From Rhizodiscina lignyota (lineage: Eukaryota): 23,224 bases of DNA. Under the pieces are notes generated by a model that was not told the DNA's origin, searched no databases, and saw only the letters and a program-made list of their open reading frames with translations. Below, in pieces: positions 9,429-19,139 of the stretch (the stretch's first letter is position 1; each line of letters starts with the position of its first letter). The position numbers were made by a program, and so were the translations under genes. The DNA is taken from NCBI GenBank assembly GCA_010015805.1, contig ML978137.1:558001-581224 (forward strand), in the 5' to 3' direction.

Positions 9429-11504
9429 ATGTCGATTGCGAAGCCGAAACGCAGACTCCCAGTCCAGCAGCTGACAATTCTGGGTATGGCGCACCCCGCA
9501 GTCTGCGAATTCACAGCTGCACCATTCATCAAGGTGGACAATTGCTAACAGCCTCGCCATACAGCAATATGTCGTTTCGCCGAGCCCATCTCCCTCACCT
9601 CCATCTTCCCTTACCTCCCCGAAATGATCGAATCTTTCGGCGTCGCGAAAGATGATATCGCCTTCTGGGCCGGCCTGGCTTCTGCCATCTACTCCTTCTC
9701 GCAATGCTTGACTGCCATCTCCTGGGGACGACTCTCTGACCGCTTCGGCCGCAAGCCCATTATACTAACATGTCTCGCCAACACCATGATCACGAGTTTA
9801 TTGTGGGGATTCAGCACGAATTTACCTATGGCGCTGGCCGCGCGAGCGCTGATGGGTGCTGCGAACGGTAATGTGGGCATCATTCGCACAATGGTGGCGG
9901 AGATGTGTCCGTGGAAAGAGCTGCAGCCCCGGGCATTTAGTATCATGCCACTTATATACAACATTGGGAGCGTGGTGGGGCCGTCAATTGGTGGTGCGCT
10001 GGCAAACCCATACCACAGGCTACCGAACGAGCCTCCTACATCACAACTGTTGGATCGGTTCCCATATGCTGCGCCCAACTTGGTTGCTGCGGGCTTCTTT
10101 CTCGTTGGACTGACAACGGGAATATTGTTCCTGAAAGAGACGCTGGCTACGAGGAAAGACCAGCCTGATTATGGGATCATACTGGGAAAGAAGATTAAGA
10201 AGGGTGTGCGAACAGTGTGGTGGAAGGCGAAGCTCGCGTGGCTGGAAGGTCGAGGACAGGAGACGGAGCCACTCCTCAAATCGCGCGCAGAGATGTCAAG
10301 ATCCGCGCTCCTCGACGAAGAGAGTGGCCCAAAGAAGCCTCCAGGCAAAACTCTACCTCCGCCCAGCATGCGAGAAGTCCTCCACCCACAATCCATCCTG
10401 AATCTGATTGCCTACACGATGCTCGCAATGCATTCTATTGGCTATGATCAACTCATTCCCGTGCTTCTGCATCATCCGAAGCAGGATCTCAACGATCCTG
10501 ATGTCCACCTCCCTTTCAAATTTGGGAGCGGGTTCTCCGCCACCACTGCAGAAATTGGCGTAATGTTCACACTGTACGGTTTCATGAACATTATATTCCA
10601 GCTCGTCCTCTTCCCACCAATCGCCCAGAAATATGGTGTATTGCACTGTCTGCACGTCTGTGTCATCGCCTATCCAATTATCTTCTTCCTCACGCCGTTC
10701 CCCGTGCTGCTCCCCGGCTTCTCAAGAATCGTCGTCCTCTTCTTACTTTGGCTATGTAAAGGCTTGGCAGGTTCCTTCGCGTTTCCCTGCTCCACAATCC
10801 TCCTCACCAACTCTGCACCCTCGCTACGCATTCTTGGCACATTAAATGGAATGGCGACTGCCATCTCCGCAGTCGGTCGCGCTGCTGGACCAACGATCGG
10901 TGGTAATGCTTTCACGTTAGGCGTCAAGCACGGTTATATCATCTTCCCGTTCTGGCTTCTCGGAGCCATCGCTGCTATCTCCGCAATTCCGGCCTTCTTT
11001 CTGATTGAAGGTGAAGGCTTTGGAGGAGACGAGTCGCCGCTTGATGAGTCTGACGCCGAAGACGACGAAGAAGAAGAAGAAGAGGATGATCTTGAAGAGA
11101 GCGTGCCACGTCCGATTTATGAAGATGGCATGGCGACTCCTGAGCAAGTCGAGTCTCGCGCAGAAAGCGAGTACGGTGGGCTTGGTAGGATGATAAGCTC
11201 GACGCCTCCCCGTGACTTACACAGGACGTGGAGCGTCGTGTCAAGTTCTGTCGCCGAGAGCATGGACGGGGATGAAGAAGCCATGTATGAGAGGCAGCCG
11301 CATGGCTATGGTGCCGTGGAGGGGGCGAGCGATCAGCCACATGAACAGAGGCCATCATTATCGAGACGGGGTAGTAGAAGGCTCAGGAGAAAGAGTAGTG
11401 CACCGCTGGGCCTTGGATCTGGGTTTAGGAGGATGAGCACAAATTTAGGACAGACCAGGAGCGGCTTTGGAGATGGTGGTTCGTTTGCTGGTGGCGTGCA
11501 GTAG
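9429..11504 (+). CDS. Major facilitator superfamily transporter (Ycr023c/ZIFL-like), ~664 aa, long acidic/disordered C-terminal tail; exons 9429-9483, 9565-11504
   Basis: N-terminus LPVQQLTILAICRFAEPISLTSIFPYLPEMI after removal of intron 9484-9564 (GTATGG..GCTAAC..CAG). MFS motif A WGRLSDRFGRKP; GNVGIIRTMVAE, QPRAFSIMPL, GPSIGG; about 12 hydrophobic segments. Confidence 0.93.
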
Positions 11505-11818
11505 TTATGCCTTGTTCTTCTTCGTCTTCCCTTTTCCAATGATTGATTGATATGCATGGGCAGGCGTTTCATCGGCATTTCCTGGCGCTTGAGGAATTGC
11601 ATTATCCCGTAGGGGATTGTCAATGTTTTGCATATGCTTTCATGTCCATCTAACACCTTTTCAGTTTTCTACTTCGGCTACACGGGTAATGCTAGAGCCT
11701 GGTCGGTAGCATCTATTCAACTACTGGCAGCAATTATTCCATGAAATTGAACCATATCTCAACCCTGGGTTTTGCATCTCAGACGTTTTGATCCGCCATC
11801 ATCTGGCACCCACGACTT

Positions 11819-12141
11819 CTACTTCATATTCCCCTGATTCATGCCCATCCCCGGCTTTTCTCCAACCGTAACGCCCACATCACCCCTTTCGCCTGGCTGG
11901 TTCGTCCTCGTGTCTACTCCGACGTTCGAGTTGTACGAGTCTGAAGCTACCGGCGCTTCTCCAGGAGCGTGTCCCTCCTTGTGTGCGGGCGCATTGTCCG
12001 CCCCAAGACCGTGTGCTATGATGACGTGAGTACGGGTACGTTCACGCGACCGCTTTCTATGTGGAAGAAATTACCTTGTGCGTCTTTCTTCGCTGCCTTT
12101 GCGCTCATCGCTTGACCGCCTGGCGTCTTTGAGTGTGTCAT
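11819..12141 (-). CDS. Small Gly-rich hydrophilic (hydrophilin/LEA-like) protein, 87 aa; exons 12141-12075, 12015-11819
   Basis: CAAC-ATG at 12141 with TATATA about 60 nt upstream. 59-nt intron GTAATT..TACTCAC..TAG (12074-12016). Spliced ORF MTHSKTPGGQAMSAKAAKKDAQAHGLGADNAPAHKEGHAPGEAPVASDSYNSNVGVDTRTNQPGERGDVGVTVGEKPGMGMNQGNMK*. Confidence 0.75.
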
Positions 12142-12535
12142 GTTGTACAGTATTGAGAGGTGATGGACTTCATGAACAATTGCAGCTCTGGTTACAGATA
12201 GCTATATATGCATTCTCGAGAACTCAATTTCTCGCTTTGACGTCACGGTGATATCCTCATGCATATATCATCGAGACCCACTGAGCATCGAGGCCCACTT
12301 TTCAGGGGTGCCATCTGCAGGTACGAGCGCGTCAAGGTGGCGACAAGGAAGACTTCTCACTTCGACACACAATCTTGTATTCTTCTCTACTTCGCCTCAT
12401 TGTGTCTGGTGGTGATTTCACTTATGAGTATGAGAGCTACTCCGGGAAATTATGAACCGACTCTGATTTCATTTTCGCAAGTATCAAGAAATTTCACGAG
12501 ACTCTACTGTAGACATTTCGTACAACTCTCAACTC

Positions 12536-13066
12536 TCAGGCAACATCAATATCAGTCTCCGACGGAACCGTTCCCTTCACCCCGAGCGCCTCCAGGAAAT
12601 CTTTCCCAGCTTGTATGAGTACCTGAACCATACTCCTCCCGTCCTCAGCCTTCTCCTTCTCCCAATCTCTCACCCCCTTGGCCTCATGCACGCTGACCAT
12701 GCTGAAAACTTCCCCATCGACAAATGCCGGCAAGAGCATCTGGCTCTTAGCTCCATACTTCTCCACCAACACCTGCGGGCTCGCAATGCGAGAGTCCAAG
12801 CAGTCGTTGTGCAGCAGAATCTTCTTCTCACCAACGACGAAAGCGAACGTCTCCGCCTGCCGGAGATCAATGTCCGGTTGGACAAGCAGGGAGAGAAACC
12901 CGGCCGGTGTGGAGGCAAGGGACTCTACGAAAACTGGGAGGAGACCTGGCGTGGATGTTCCGATACGGTACGTTATGCGAGAAGCGCCGGTGATGGAGAG
13001 GAGTGTGTCCGCAATCTTCTGGCAAGCGGGCTTGGCCGAAGCGTATTTGTCTAGGTCGCTACGCAT
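12536..13066 (-). CDS. Stand-alone GAF-domain protein, 176 aa, intronless
   Basis: GAF-like pattern: N-terminal helix, TGASRITYRI strand, KKILLHNDC, YGAKSQMLLPAFVDGEVFSMVSVHEAKGVRDW and a C-terminal helix. ATC-ATG context with TATATA about 75 nt upstream. Confidence 0.8.
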   Translation of the reverse strand: MRSDLDKYASAKPACQKIADTLLSITGASRITYRIGTSTPGLLPVFVESLASTPAGFLSLLVQPDIDLRQAETFAFVVGEKKILLHNDCLDSRIASPQVLVEKYGAKSQMLLPAFVDGEVFSMVSVHEAKGVRDWEKEKAEDGRSMVQVLIQAGKDFLEALGVKGTVPSETDIDVA

Positions 13067-13694
13067 GATTTATATGGATGAACTTTTACATGCAATGGTT
13101 TATTGTCGGCTTCTGGGGCTTCAGGGGTCGCTGTGTTATCTATATAACCCATTATCGGCTTCAAGTAACCGAGATTCGGAAGATCGGCTCGTGGAGAGCA
13201 GGAAGGCAGCCCTCTGCGATTCATTTGAAGGCAGATACAGCTTTCTACATATATCTCACTCCTGACAAGTGTACGACCGCGGTAACGAAGTATCTGCGAG
13301 GGGAATTTTACTACAAACAGTAAGCATTCCCAGACTATGCCTCAACTGCAGCCACGCACGTGAGTGATTCCCGAAAGGGTATCGAGATCTGACCTCGGGG
13401 GGCATAACCCCAGCAAACCCTGCTCCACATTCATATTATAGTCCTATTGGGGTTTCAGCTGCGTTTTTTACGATAATCCGCAGTCAATTCGCAACTGCCG
13501 TAGTTTCTCATAGGTTTACTGGAGCTTCCCCGCACCATGGAGAGAAGATGTCCCGCACCTACCAGAAGGAGCCGAGATATCTAACTTCCTCGTATATATC
13601 CTGCCAAGTCATTCACGATTCAATTAAATAGTACGTTGTATTTCCTGTTTATTCAGTTCTCTGTTTTAGCAGTCATATCATCTAGACAATCATC

Positions 13695-14575
13695 ATGGGA
13701 AAGAGAACCGGACCAGTCGCCCCAGGCGTTGCCTTCGTCACAGGCGGAGCAAGAGGTCTTGGAAACGCAATCGCTGTGTCATTTGCAAGAGAAGGTGCAC
13801 GAGGCATTGTGATCGTCGACGTTAATAATGAAGAAACGATGAAAGAGGGGGTAAAGGCGATCGAGGGACAAGGAACCGAGTGCCTGGCCATCAGGGCGGA
13901 TGTCACCAAGGAAGAGGAGATTGAAAGAGCGGTGGCACAGGCAGTGGAGAGATTCGGACGTATAGATTATGCTGCGAATTTCGCAGGTATATTAGGCCCG
14001 GGCCAGCGTGTCGCAGACTCGGATTATTCGCAATGGCAGAAGACTATGAGCGTAAACTGTGACGGGGTGATGCTCTCTATGAAGTATGAGATGCGGCAAA
14101 TGATGAAACAAAGCTCGATTGAAGTCGAGGAAGGAAGAGTGCCGCAGCAGGGGAGTATTGTCAATGCCGCGAGTGTGAATTCGTTACTATCCACGCATGG
14201 GACAGTCGCATATACTGCAGCGAAGCATGCTGTAGGCGGGATGACAAAGACGGCGGCGCTGGAAGGGAGACAGCATAATATCCGTGTGAACGCGGTCTCA
14301 CCAGGTTTTCTTCCGACAAAGTTGCTCGATCCAGTGATAAATCGTCCCGGCGGTGCGGAACGTTGGGCAAAGTTCGAAGCTCGACAGGGCCGTGCTGTGA
14401 CAGGTTTCGATGAAGTTGGGGATGTCGTTGTCTTGCTGTCGACTCCAAGGATGAGCCTAGTTAATGGGCAAAACCTCTCTATTGACAAGTGAGTGTCTGA
14501 CGGCTTCCCATTCAAAAGCCCCGAACTGACGAACGAAATAGCGGTTATGTCATTAACGAGGGAGTTGATTGGTGA
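13695..14575 (+). CDS. Classical short-chain dehydrogenase/reductase (probably NAD(H)-preferring), ~275 aa; exons 13695-14488, 14542-14575
   Basis: TGGARGLG, acidic residue ending beta-2 (IVIVD), GRIDYAANFAG, NAAS, YTAAK and IRVNAVSPG. Intron GTGAGT..CTGAC..TAG restores the ending IDNGYVINEGVDW*. TATATA at ~13593. Confidence 0.94.
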
Positions 14576-14698
14576 TTTATTGAGAGACCATCATATGCTT
14601 CGTCGGAGACAATGCCATCTAGAGATATGCAGAGTAGATTTAAGGCCATGAAGACCGCAGAATGTATCCAGCACAGATTTGGGGAATTTAGCATGAAG

Positions 14699-16002
14699 CT
14701 ATTTCCGAGGCGACACTAGTATCTTCACCTGGCCTTCCTTGTTGTTGATGAGCTCCTCGATTCCCCTTCCCACTACATCCTGAAGCGGAATCCTGCTCGT
14801 AATCATATTTTCAACGCCTTTGAATTTACCTGAGATAGAAGGTCAGTCAAAGTTCAGCAGCTAATGTACGCATTCATTACCCTCGCAGAATGCCGCAACC
14901 GTTTCGCGAAAGTCATCATCGTTGTAAGCCAGAGAGGCTCTAATTGTGAGCTCCTTGATCATGAAAAGGCCGAAATGAGGCGTAAACTTGAAACAAATTA
15001 GCCATTCACACCTTGTTTCCTATCGTGAATTTCAAGGCTCACAGGAGTCTCCCATCCCGCAACGTTCATATACGTCCCTTTCATTCGTAGAGACATCATA
15101 CCATCCATCATAGCAGGTGTGACGCCAGCGCAGTCGAAAACAACGTCAATTCCCTTCCCTTCAGTCAACTCCATGCATTTTTCAACTACTTTCTGGGTCT
15201 TTGGATCGATCACAACATCGGCAATTTTCTCCGTCTGCGCTCTGCGCTGCACTGTAGGCTCCGAGACATATATCTTCTTAGCACCGTTTGCTCTTAAGAC
15301 GTGGATCATGGCAATGCCAATCGGTCCGCCTCCGAGGATCAGGATGCTCTTGTCCGGAATGTTGGTCATCTCAGCACCTCTCATGCCATGCCATGCAACT
15401 GCGAGCGGTTCGACTACCGCTGCGGTCTCCAGCAAAGAATCATTTGGTAGCGTATACAACATGCGCTCATCCACGGCGACGAGTGAAGAAAGACCTCCGC
15501 CTCCGCCACCTGAGAGTCCAAGGAAACCATATCTTGCGCAGCCGTTCGTGTCGCGAGTGGTGGTGCAGACGTGACAAGAGCGGCAGTACAACCGTGGGTC
15601 TGCAACTACTGGCTGTCCTGGCTGTAGTTTTGAGCCTGATGGGACCTTTAAAACCGTGCCGCAAAATTCATGGCCCATAGTAACTGGCGGCGTGGATTTG
15701 GTAAGGGGGTGCGGTGCGTCAGCACGCGGGATGGCTATCGGGCCTGTCATCTTTTATTTAGCAATGGCTCGAAATTATTCCACAGGAGACAGCAGTGGTC
15801 ATCAGTCGAGAATGAAGAATAGAAATAAATCGATATTAAACCAATTGAGCAACATTGGCATACCGGTGAGGTACTCGTGGAGATCGCTTCCGCAAATCCC
15901 GCACCATTCGACTTCAACGAGGACTTCGTTTTCTCCGGGCACTGGTTCCGGGACATCCTCGATACGAATATCTTTCCGGCCATACCATCGTGCGGCTTTC
16001 AT
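14699..16002 (-). CDS. Zinc-dependent medium-chain dehydrogenase, (2R,3R)-butanediol dehydrogenase (Bdh1)-like, ~358 aa; exons 16002-15864, 15743-15043, 14986-14881, 14829-14699
   Basis: MKAARWYGRKDIRIEDV, WCGICGSDLHEY, PHPLT...GHEF, structural Zn site CRSCHVC...C, VEPLAVAWH, GGGPIG, DVVFDCAG, C-terminal VKILVSP. Three GT..AG introns. Total 1077 nt, in frame. Confidence 0.92.
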
Positions 16003-17218
16003 TTTCGAAGTAGCTGGCGTTAAGCTCTGCACGTGCAACGATAGGGGATGCCCAATAGGACACTAGAAGCGTCCACGGAACGGGTCCAATTGGTGGCGCT
16101 CTTTTAACTCTTAGGAGCGAATAGGTCTGAAACTGGAGATTGTTAGTTGGTGAGAACAGATCGCTCTCTCAGGGCCGCTTAGATAATTTATAGCCTGAAG
16201 GTGGATGTGTTTACGTGGAAGCTGAGAGTGAGACACCACCCCGCATCATCTCCCGCTTGGCCGATGCTTGAAGGCTTTGGTACCCAGGAGCTTGCGGCTT
16301 ACGGAAGACTTACAGCTCACACTTATAACCTTGAAGTAGCCTCACCCAGCTTAGCAATTACCCCTTCGGACCATTTAGAAATCTTACACGAGAGAGCCAG
16401 ATTCTTGTGAGCGAACGAACGTCCCAGGGACCAGCCGGCTTGAACCTCCAATAAAGCACCATGGGGCACCCAGAAATAGGTAAGGCTCACCCAGACGGGA
16501 ATGTGGTTAGCCATTTCGTCACGACTGGCAGAAAAACCCCTTTGGACGTGTCCGTCGCATCGCATCATCCATTCACGTTTTCCTCATCAACTTCCATACC
16601 GTACATTCGGGGGCCTCAACCATGTTCGAAGGATTTCGGGGCGCAGCGTATCACTGAATTGGGCATAGGATTGGATCGCCGAGGTGGACATCAAGCCCGT
16701 GACATAGGCTATCGACCTTTTACTTAATGCATGCGACCCGAGAAGATGTTTGTAAGGCGCAAAACAGAGGGAAACTTTCGACGAGATTTGAACGGTGCAC
16801 TAGAGATTATCCGGAGAGACGGACAAAGGTGGCTAGCAAACTTGGTGGCATGCCGCATTTGAATTCAGATCGCCAGGGGCGATACTCTAAACTTGAAGTA
16901 GGTGTTGTAAGCTACGACTCCGATGATCCTGCTCTATTTGAGAGACCTTCTTGACTCAAATCTCTACCTAGAAAGACGTAGTAAGAATAGTCAAATATAT
17001 GTTGAAAGAAAGATGGCAGAAAATCCGTCGCCGTCCAACCAGTATACAACCGAAATGGTGTCTATCTCTCGGACATGGTCTTTTAAACCTCTTAAGAAAA
17101 CACCAGATGTATCGGGCATCTTACCATCATGTCATCATTCCACGCATGTAAAGACCACTGTCGATCAGTATCCACGTCCATCCATCTGCCATGTAACTCA
17201 AGGGAGTCAAGCATGGCA

Positions 17219-18839
17219 TCAGCGCTTGAACTTCTTCAGCTCGAGCCAGCGAAGGGGAGGGAAGACTAAGGCTGCCCAAGCAAACCCGACATAGTTGCCC
17301 ATCTGTACGATTATCAGCTCGAGCACATCGCAGTGATTGTAGGAGACTTACATCAGCGCCGTAATCGCCCACCGGGGCGGCCAGAGGGCCAATATACCAC
17401 AATTGAGCCATGGACAAAATCGCACCTGCCCATCCGACCAGGAACGCAAGCAGTGCCGCATAACCATGGGGGAGCTTGTCTTTCTCGTTCCACGCCGTCC
17501 AGTCGAAGCCGCGATCATTATCAGGGGTCTTCATTTTCGGCCGGAAGAGAAACTCTTCTTCAAGGGATATCGCAATCCAAATGACCACCCAATATCCCAT
17601 GAGCGCCAGGAAATTGGTGAAGATCTCAGCGAGATGATCGCGGCCGGCAAGGGCGCAAACCGTGAAAATGACGATTCCGAGGGTATTCCAGATTGGGCGC
17701 GGGACCTTTTCGAACCAACGTCCGAGGATCTGGAAGTCAAGGCCGGAGGAATATGCAGGAGGAACGAGATTCGCGACTAGGCCGAGGGCGACCATAACGC
17801 TGCAGATCGAGCCGAATGTGCCTAGAGGGCGATAGGCTTCAACGATGAGTGCACCTTGGGAGGAATTGTATGCGTCAGACCATGCCGTGTTAGTTGGAAT
17901 CGCTGAAGCGAGGCCAATGCCGAGGATGAACATGAACGTAAACGAGAGTGCAAGTCCGGCATTGGTCACGGCAAAGACTTTCCAACCCGCAGTATGCTCC
18001 GGGTAGTAGACGAAAAAGTCTGCGCCTGCACCCGAATACGTGATAGCCGCGGCGAGACAGAGCGAGAAGAACGACAGGCGATTGCCAACAATCGTCCTCG
18101 CGTCGCCTTGAGATTCACTCGACAAGTCGAACTTTGGGCCTGCGACACCGGCAAGGACGCAAAGAACAATCAATTGCGGAAGCCATGCATATCGCTCGTA
18201 ATAGTGGAAGATGCGGTATCCGAATGTCGAGATCGTCCAAGTGATAAGTGAGGTCACTATTATGCCGACGACAAGCGAGAGCGAGTTGTGAGGCGAGACG
18301 GCCGATAACATTTGGCCCGCGATGACCACGTCAATGAGCGAGTAGCCCAGCATCACGACAATGTTCAGCAGCACGATCAGTTTCACAGGCCACCAGCCCA
18401 TAGTGTAACGAGCCACAATGAGGGTCCGATTGCCAGAGCGCGGCCCAAACATGGCCTGATACCCAACTGCAAGGTTTCCGACAAGCTGGCCGAAGAAGGC
18501 GAGTAACGTGGCATCCAGGAACCCGAGTTCGAAGACGACGGGTCCGAGCATTCCCAGTGTAATGTTGTTTGCAGCTAAATTCATTGAGAACCACACAATG
18601 CCGACTTGAGTAAATCCGAGAGTTTGGAGGCTGTGGCGCTCGTGCGCCTCCACTCGCTGGATACCACGAGCCTCGAGCTTCCATGAGACCAAGTAGGCCG
18701 AAGTTGCACGATAAATTTTCTTCCACTTGGGCGGCGACGATTCGGTTGTGCCAGTAGTCGAATGAGTCTCAGTTGGGCTTGGAGCAAGCGGGTTGCCTTT
18801 CTCGACATCTTCAACGAGGCCGAGGGGGAACAGCTCCAT
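17219..18839 (-). CDS. NCS1 purine-cytosine permease family transporter (Fcy2/Tpn1-like), ~523 aa, probably thiamine-related substrate; exons 18839-17352, 17302-17219
   Basis: LEARGIQRV, WFSMNL, FGPRSG.R....RYTMGWW, FHYYERYAWLPQ, ADFFVYYP, NFLALMGYW, QLWYIGPLA. Intron 17351-17303 (GTAAGT..CTGAT..CAG) restores GADMGNYVGF...PPLRWLELKKFKR*. The substrate is inferred from the upstream TPP riboswitch. Confidence 0.93.
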
Positions 18840-18845
18840 ATTCGC

Positions 18846-19139
18846 CTGCGTTAGTTAGAAATATGAGCTGGGGGTGGATGTGGAGAAGAGAAAGAGCATG
18901 ATGCTTTCGCTGGAGTTATCCAGATCAAGTTCAACCGTATGATCTCAGAACGTTGACACCGCAGGTGTCGTGGTTGGTGACTAGAGTACTCCGTAACCGG
19001 CGCAAGCCGCGAGTAACAGCCAAATGCCACGACAGTGCAATTTGCCAACGGACACCGGTTCATGCAGCTTCCTCTGTTAAGGTACCTTGATCCAGCAACT
19101 TCACTCTGCTGTTCGGCTCTTTTCCGGAATGCTCCATAC
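18846..19139 (-). promoter_or_regulatory. Riboswitch-containing 5'-UTR intron with two alternative 5' splice sites (distal GTATGG at 19139, proximal GTACCT at 19085) and a common acceptor (CAG ending 18846)
   Basis: Branch CTAACTAAC 18858-18850 and CAG 6 nt before the permease ATG. A uATG at 19137 lies between the two donors. Confidence 0.75.
18896..19065 (-). promoter_or_regulatory. TPP (thiamine pyrophosphate, THI-box) riboswitch aptamer with extended P3
   Basis: Minus strand: P1 GCATGA (19065-60) / TCATGC (18901-896); P2 ACCG / CGGT; GGTG; P3 CGTTGGCA (19050-43) / TGTCAACG (18958-51); CTGAGA (18948-43); ATAC; AACTTGATCTGGATAACTCCAGCGAAAG (P4/P5). All core TPP consensus elements are present in order. 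Confidence 0.96.

Noticed and set aside
11058..11090. GAA-rich run in the MFS gene
   Set aside because: Ordinary low-complexity coding for the acidic tract EDDEEEEEEDD.
12018..12024. ATGATGA box-C-like motif on the + strand
   Set aside because: It is the antisense of the small gene's 3' splice region and has no suitably spaced D box.
12611..13265. Two long + strand ORFs (147 and 195 aa) over the GAF gene
   Set aside because: Antisense shadows with no domain signal; the minus-strand ORF has the start context, TATA box and fold signature.
15768..15810. Hammerhead-like CTGATGA flanked by stems CTCGA/TCGAG and CCAC/GTGG in the 120-nt intron 1 of the BDH-like gene (minus strand)
   Set aside because: No GAAA after stem II, no stem III and no NUH cleavage triplet in position. 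It also lacks a CTGA D box for a snoRNA. Best read as a simple hairpin.
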